From assembly GCF_001194135.2 (NCBI RefSeq), contig NC_069005.1, forward strand, positions 1,572,863 to 1,636,201: a DNA stretch of 63,339 bases, in the 5' to 3' direction. Below, piece by piece: positions 60,760-63,339 of this stretch. Every line of letters starts with the position of its first letter. Position 1 is the stretch's first letter. The notes under the pieces were generated by a model. The model was not told where the DNA came from and did not search any database. It saw only the letters and a program-made list of their open reading frames with translations. The translations under genes and the position numbers were made by a program. This DNA is from Octopus bimaculoides. Lineage: Eukaryota.

Positions 60760-61869
60760 TTTTATAATGCTAGAGCTTCTTTCTTTATTTGACTATAATT
60801 TTTCTCTGCTGCTATCAGAGAGCGTGAGGCATGAACCACCGCCGTCATATTACCGTCTTTATATTTTTGTAGCATTACTGCTCATATTCCGTATTCAGAA
60901 ACGTCAGAAGCTACAACAATCTCCGCTGCAGGATCGAAACGCCTTTTGACAATTTTTTTACCAATTCCACTTCACATTCTTTTGTAGCAAATTATTTAGT
61001 GGAGTTCTCAATTCATGCGTCTTTGATATATAATTCGCTAGACCTAAAAAAGCTTGTAAGGTCATTATATTAGTCGGAGGAGGCATATTTATAATTGCGT
61101 TTGCTCTCGACAGGTCTGGTCATCGTCTATTCCTGTCGATAATTTGTCCGAAATACTTAATTTTAGATAAGAAAATTTCTCATTTTTCCTCACTCAGTGC
61201 GAAACCGTAATCTCTTATCTATTCAAAAAACACGTTTTACATGCTCGACATGCTGATCACGAGATTCACTTTTAATTAATATATCATCCAAGTATGGAAT
61301 TGTGAATTCACAGACGGCTAACATTGCATCCATAACCTGAATGGTTTTTAACCCTCAAGTGCTCAACTGCCGAAAGTATTGAAACCCAAACTGTAAAACC
61401 AACTGGAAGTAAGCAGACGACCTTCCGCTCGTGTCCAAAGATACAGACTCGATTGACCTTCTAAGTTTTGATTCCGCGAAGACGCTTGGGTTTAGAGATT
61501 CCATAAGTTCTCCATAAACTACTTGTCCCCATATCCTTAAAAATTTCATTTCAACACCTTCCAAACTATACACGTATATCTCTAGAAATATTCCTTTTAT
61601 ACATTGAAATAAGAGCAGAAGCGCTTCTTCTCAGCTTCATTCAGTTGAAATTGTTTGATACAGCTGATCATATTCAGACTTACTTGAATATACGCCGCAC
61701 CACTTTGAAGCCGTAGAGGATGCGGCTCTTCTTGGAGAAAGAAAGATACTTGCAATCAGAATGGTACCAGGCATCTTGCAGTGCGTGTCACTGGAACCTG
61801 TGGTGACTAGAACCTGTTGTGTCACTGGGAGACAAATATCACCTGACAGGATGTAGCATTTGTCATATA

Positions 61870-61978
61870 AGTATGTATGTATAAATGTATGAATGTATAA
61901 ATGTATGAATGTATAAATGTATGAATGTATAAATGTATGTATGTATAAATGTATGAATGTATAAATGTATGAATGTAT
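61870..61978. repeat. 16-bp minisatellite (ATGTATAAATGTATGA) x about 6
   Basis: Directly visible. Confidence 0.9.
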
Positions 61979-63339
61979 AGGTGTGTGCATGTATGTATGG
62001 GTGTCTGTCTGTCTGTCTGTATGTCTATACGTGTGCATATATGTGGATACACATACATACGTATATATATTAAAGAAATTAATCCAATGTGGCTTTTACT
62101 CAAGATATCTCACTTCCCAGAACAAATTGTTTGTTTAGTTTTCAGATATTTCTTCAAAACAAAAAGAAAAAGTTGTCTCTTTAAAATTTGAAACAACAAC
62201 AACAAACATCACAAGATTTCAGATGTTCTTAAATTTTTTCTTTTTTAATCTAATCCTTAACCATTTGTGTCTCGTTCATTTGGCAAAGTTCGCGAGATGA
62301 AAATTCACCAGAATACGTTGCTATTCGAAAAATCTACAAGGGGCCGACGACTTCCCTTTTCCGGTGTAGAAAGGTATCCATCTGAAATTTCAATTTACTG
62401 CAACGATATTACATGAGGGAGATATAATATGGTTCAGCAGTAATTTTTGGGTGTAGTTGCTCAAACCCTTTCTTCATTTCCTTTCTTGCTTCTCGTCTGG
62501 CTGAACGAATTTTTGTTGAAATAAAATGTATGGAACCTAATAAAAGTACTGTTTACACAAGCGAGATTAATTAAGAAAGATAGACGGTACAGTTTTTACA
62601 ACTTATATCACTGTTTCATTTACAGTGTGCAAATACTGTATATAATACCTCGCTGTGGAAATAGAAACCGAGGTTAGAATCATAAGGTCCTTTGTAGGAC
62701 GAAAGCAATTAGGTGGCCGAATGAGTTTTGGTGGTTATCGATAACTTTCGACTGAGTCTAAAAGTACTCTTCCGAGAGGGAGGGGGAGGGAGAGATAGAG
62801 GGTGGGGAAGAGGGGTTGAGAAAAAGAGGGAAAGGGATCAAAAGAGAGAAAGAGAGAGAGAGAGAGAGTAGCCACGAAGAATTTTATTTATTTGCATATC
62901 AGGTCAATCACTAACAGAACTACTTGAATCAAAAATGCTAAAAGTACAGAGCTCCCCATTTTTCTTTCTCTTTCTCTCCCTCCCCCTCTCTCTCTTCCTC
63001 TTTATTTCTTTCTCCCCCCCCCTCTCTCAGTCTCGCTCTCTTTATGTGTGTATGTGTTGGGGTTGGGGAGTTGTTCACATGTGTTCGTCGGATGAAAAGG
63101 CAACCGTAACCGGTGAAACCGGAGCTGTTTCTTGGGTTCGCGTCCTTCAGGCGCAACCTTCTGGTTTAACGACAGGGCGTAGCTGCGCAGCAAGGCTGAA
63201 TGTCCCACGCTGCATGGGTAATTTACGCACGCGTGCATTCCCCAACACACACACACACACACTTTGCATATCTATCTATCTATCTAAATATATATATATG
63301 TGTGTGTGTGCACACATATATATGCTTGTATCTCTCTCT

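Overview
AT-rich, microsatellite- and SINE-dense eukaryotic scaffold with N gaps. The repeat landscape looks like an octopus/coleoid cephalopod genome; this is inferred from repeat style, not verified. Two multi-exon genes sit head-to-head with only 842 bp between their start codons. RPA1 (RPA70) is on the minus strand (CDS 21225->3059; 17 exons read, and about 172 nt of DBD-A coding sequence is missing, probably in the 12091-13012 gap). An NF2/merlin orthologue is on the plus strand (CDS 22068->50793; 14 exons read, and one 3n+1 exon is missing, probably in the 38923-39111 gap). The shared promoter carries exact E2F and CTCF consensus sites. Introns and the 51-63 kb intergenic region hold tRNA-derived SINEs, RTE-type LINE remnants, Penelope-like fragments, Tc1/mariner, hAT and piggyBac MITEs and a decayed Helitron helicase. 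The most unusual signal is a set of type I hammerhead-ribozyme-like motifs (53734-53835 +, 55254-55346 -, 32901-32950 +). Two of them share a non-canonical architecture: long loop II, an extra A before GAAA, a palindromic AGCT helix III and a shared CTCGACTAC. All calls were made by eye; no database searches were run.
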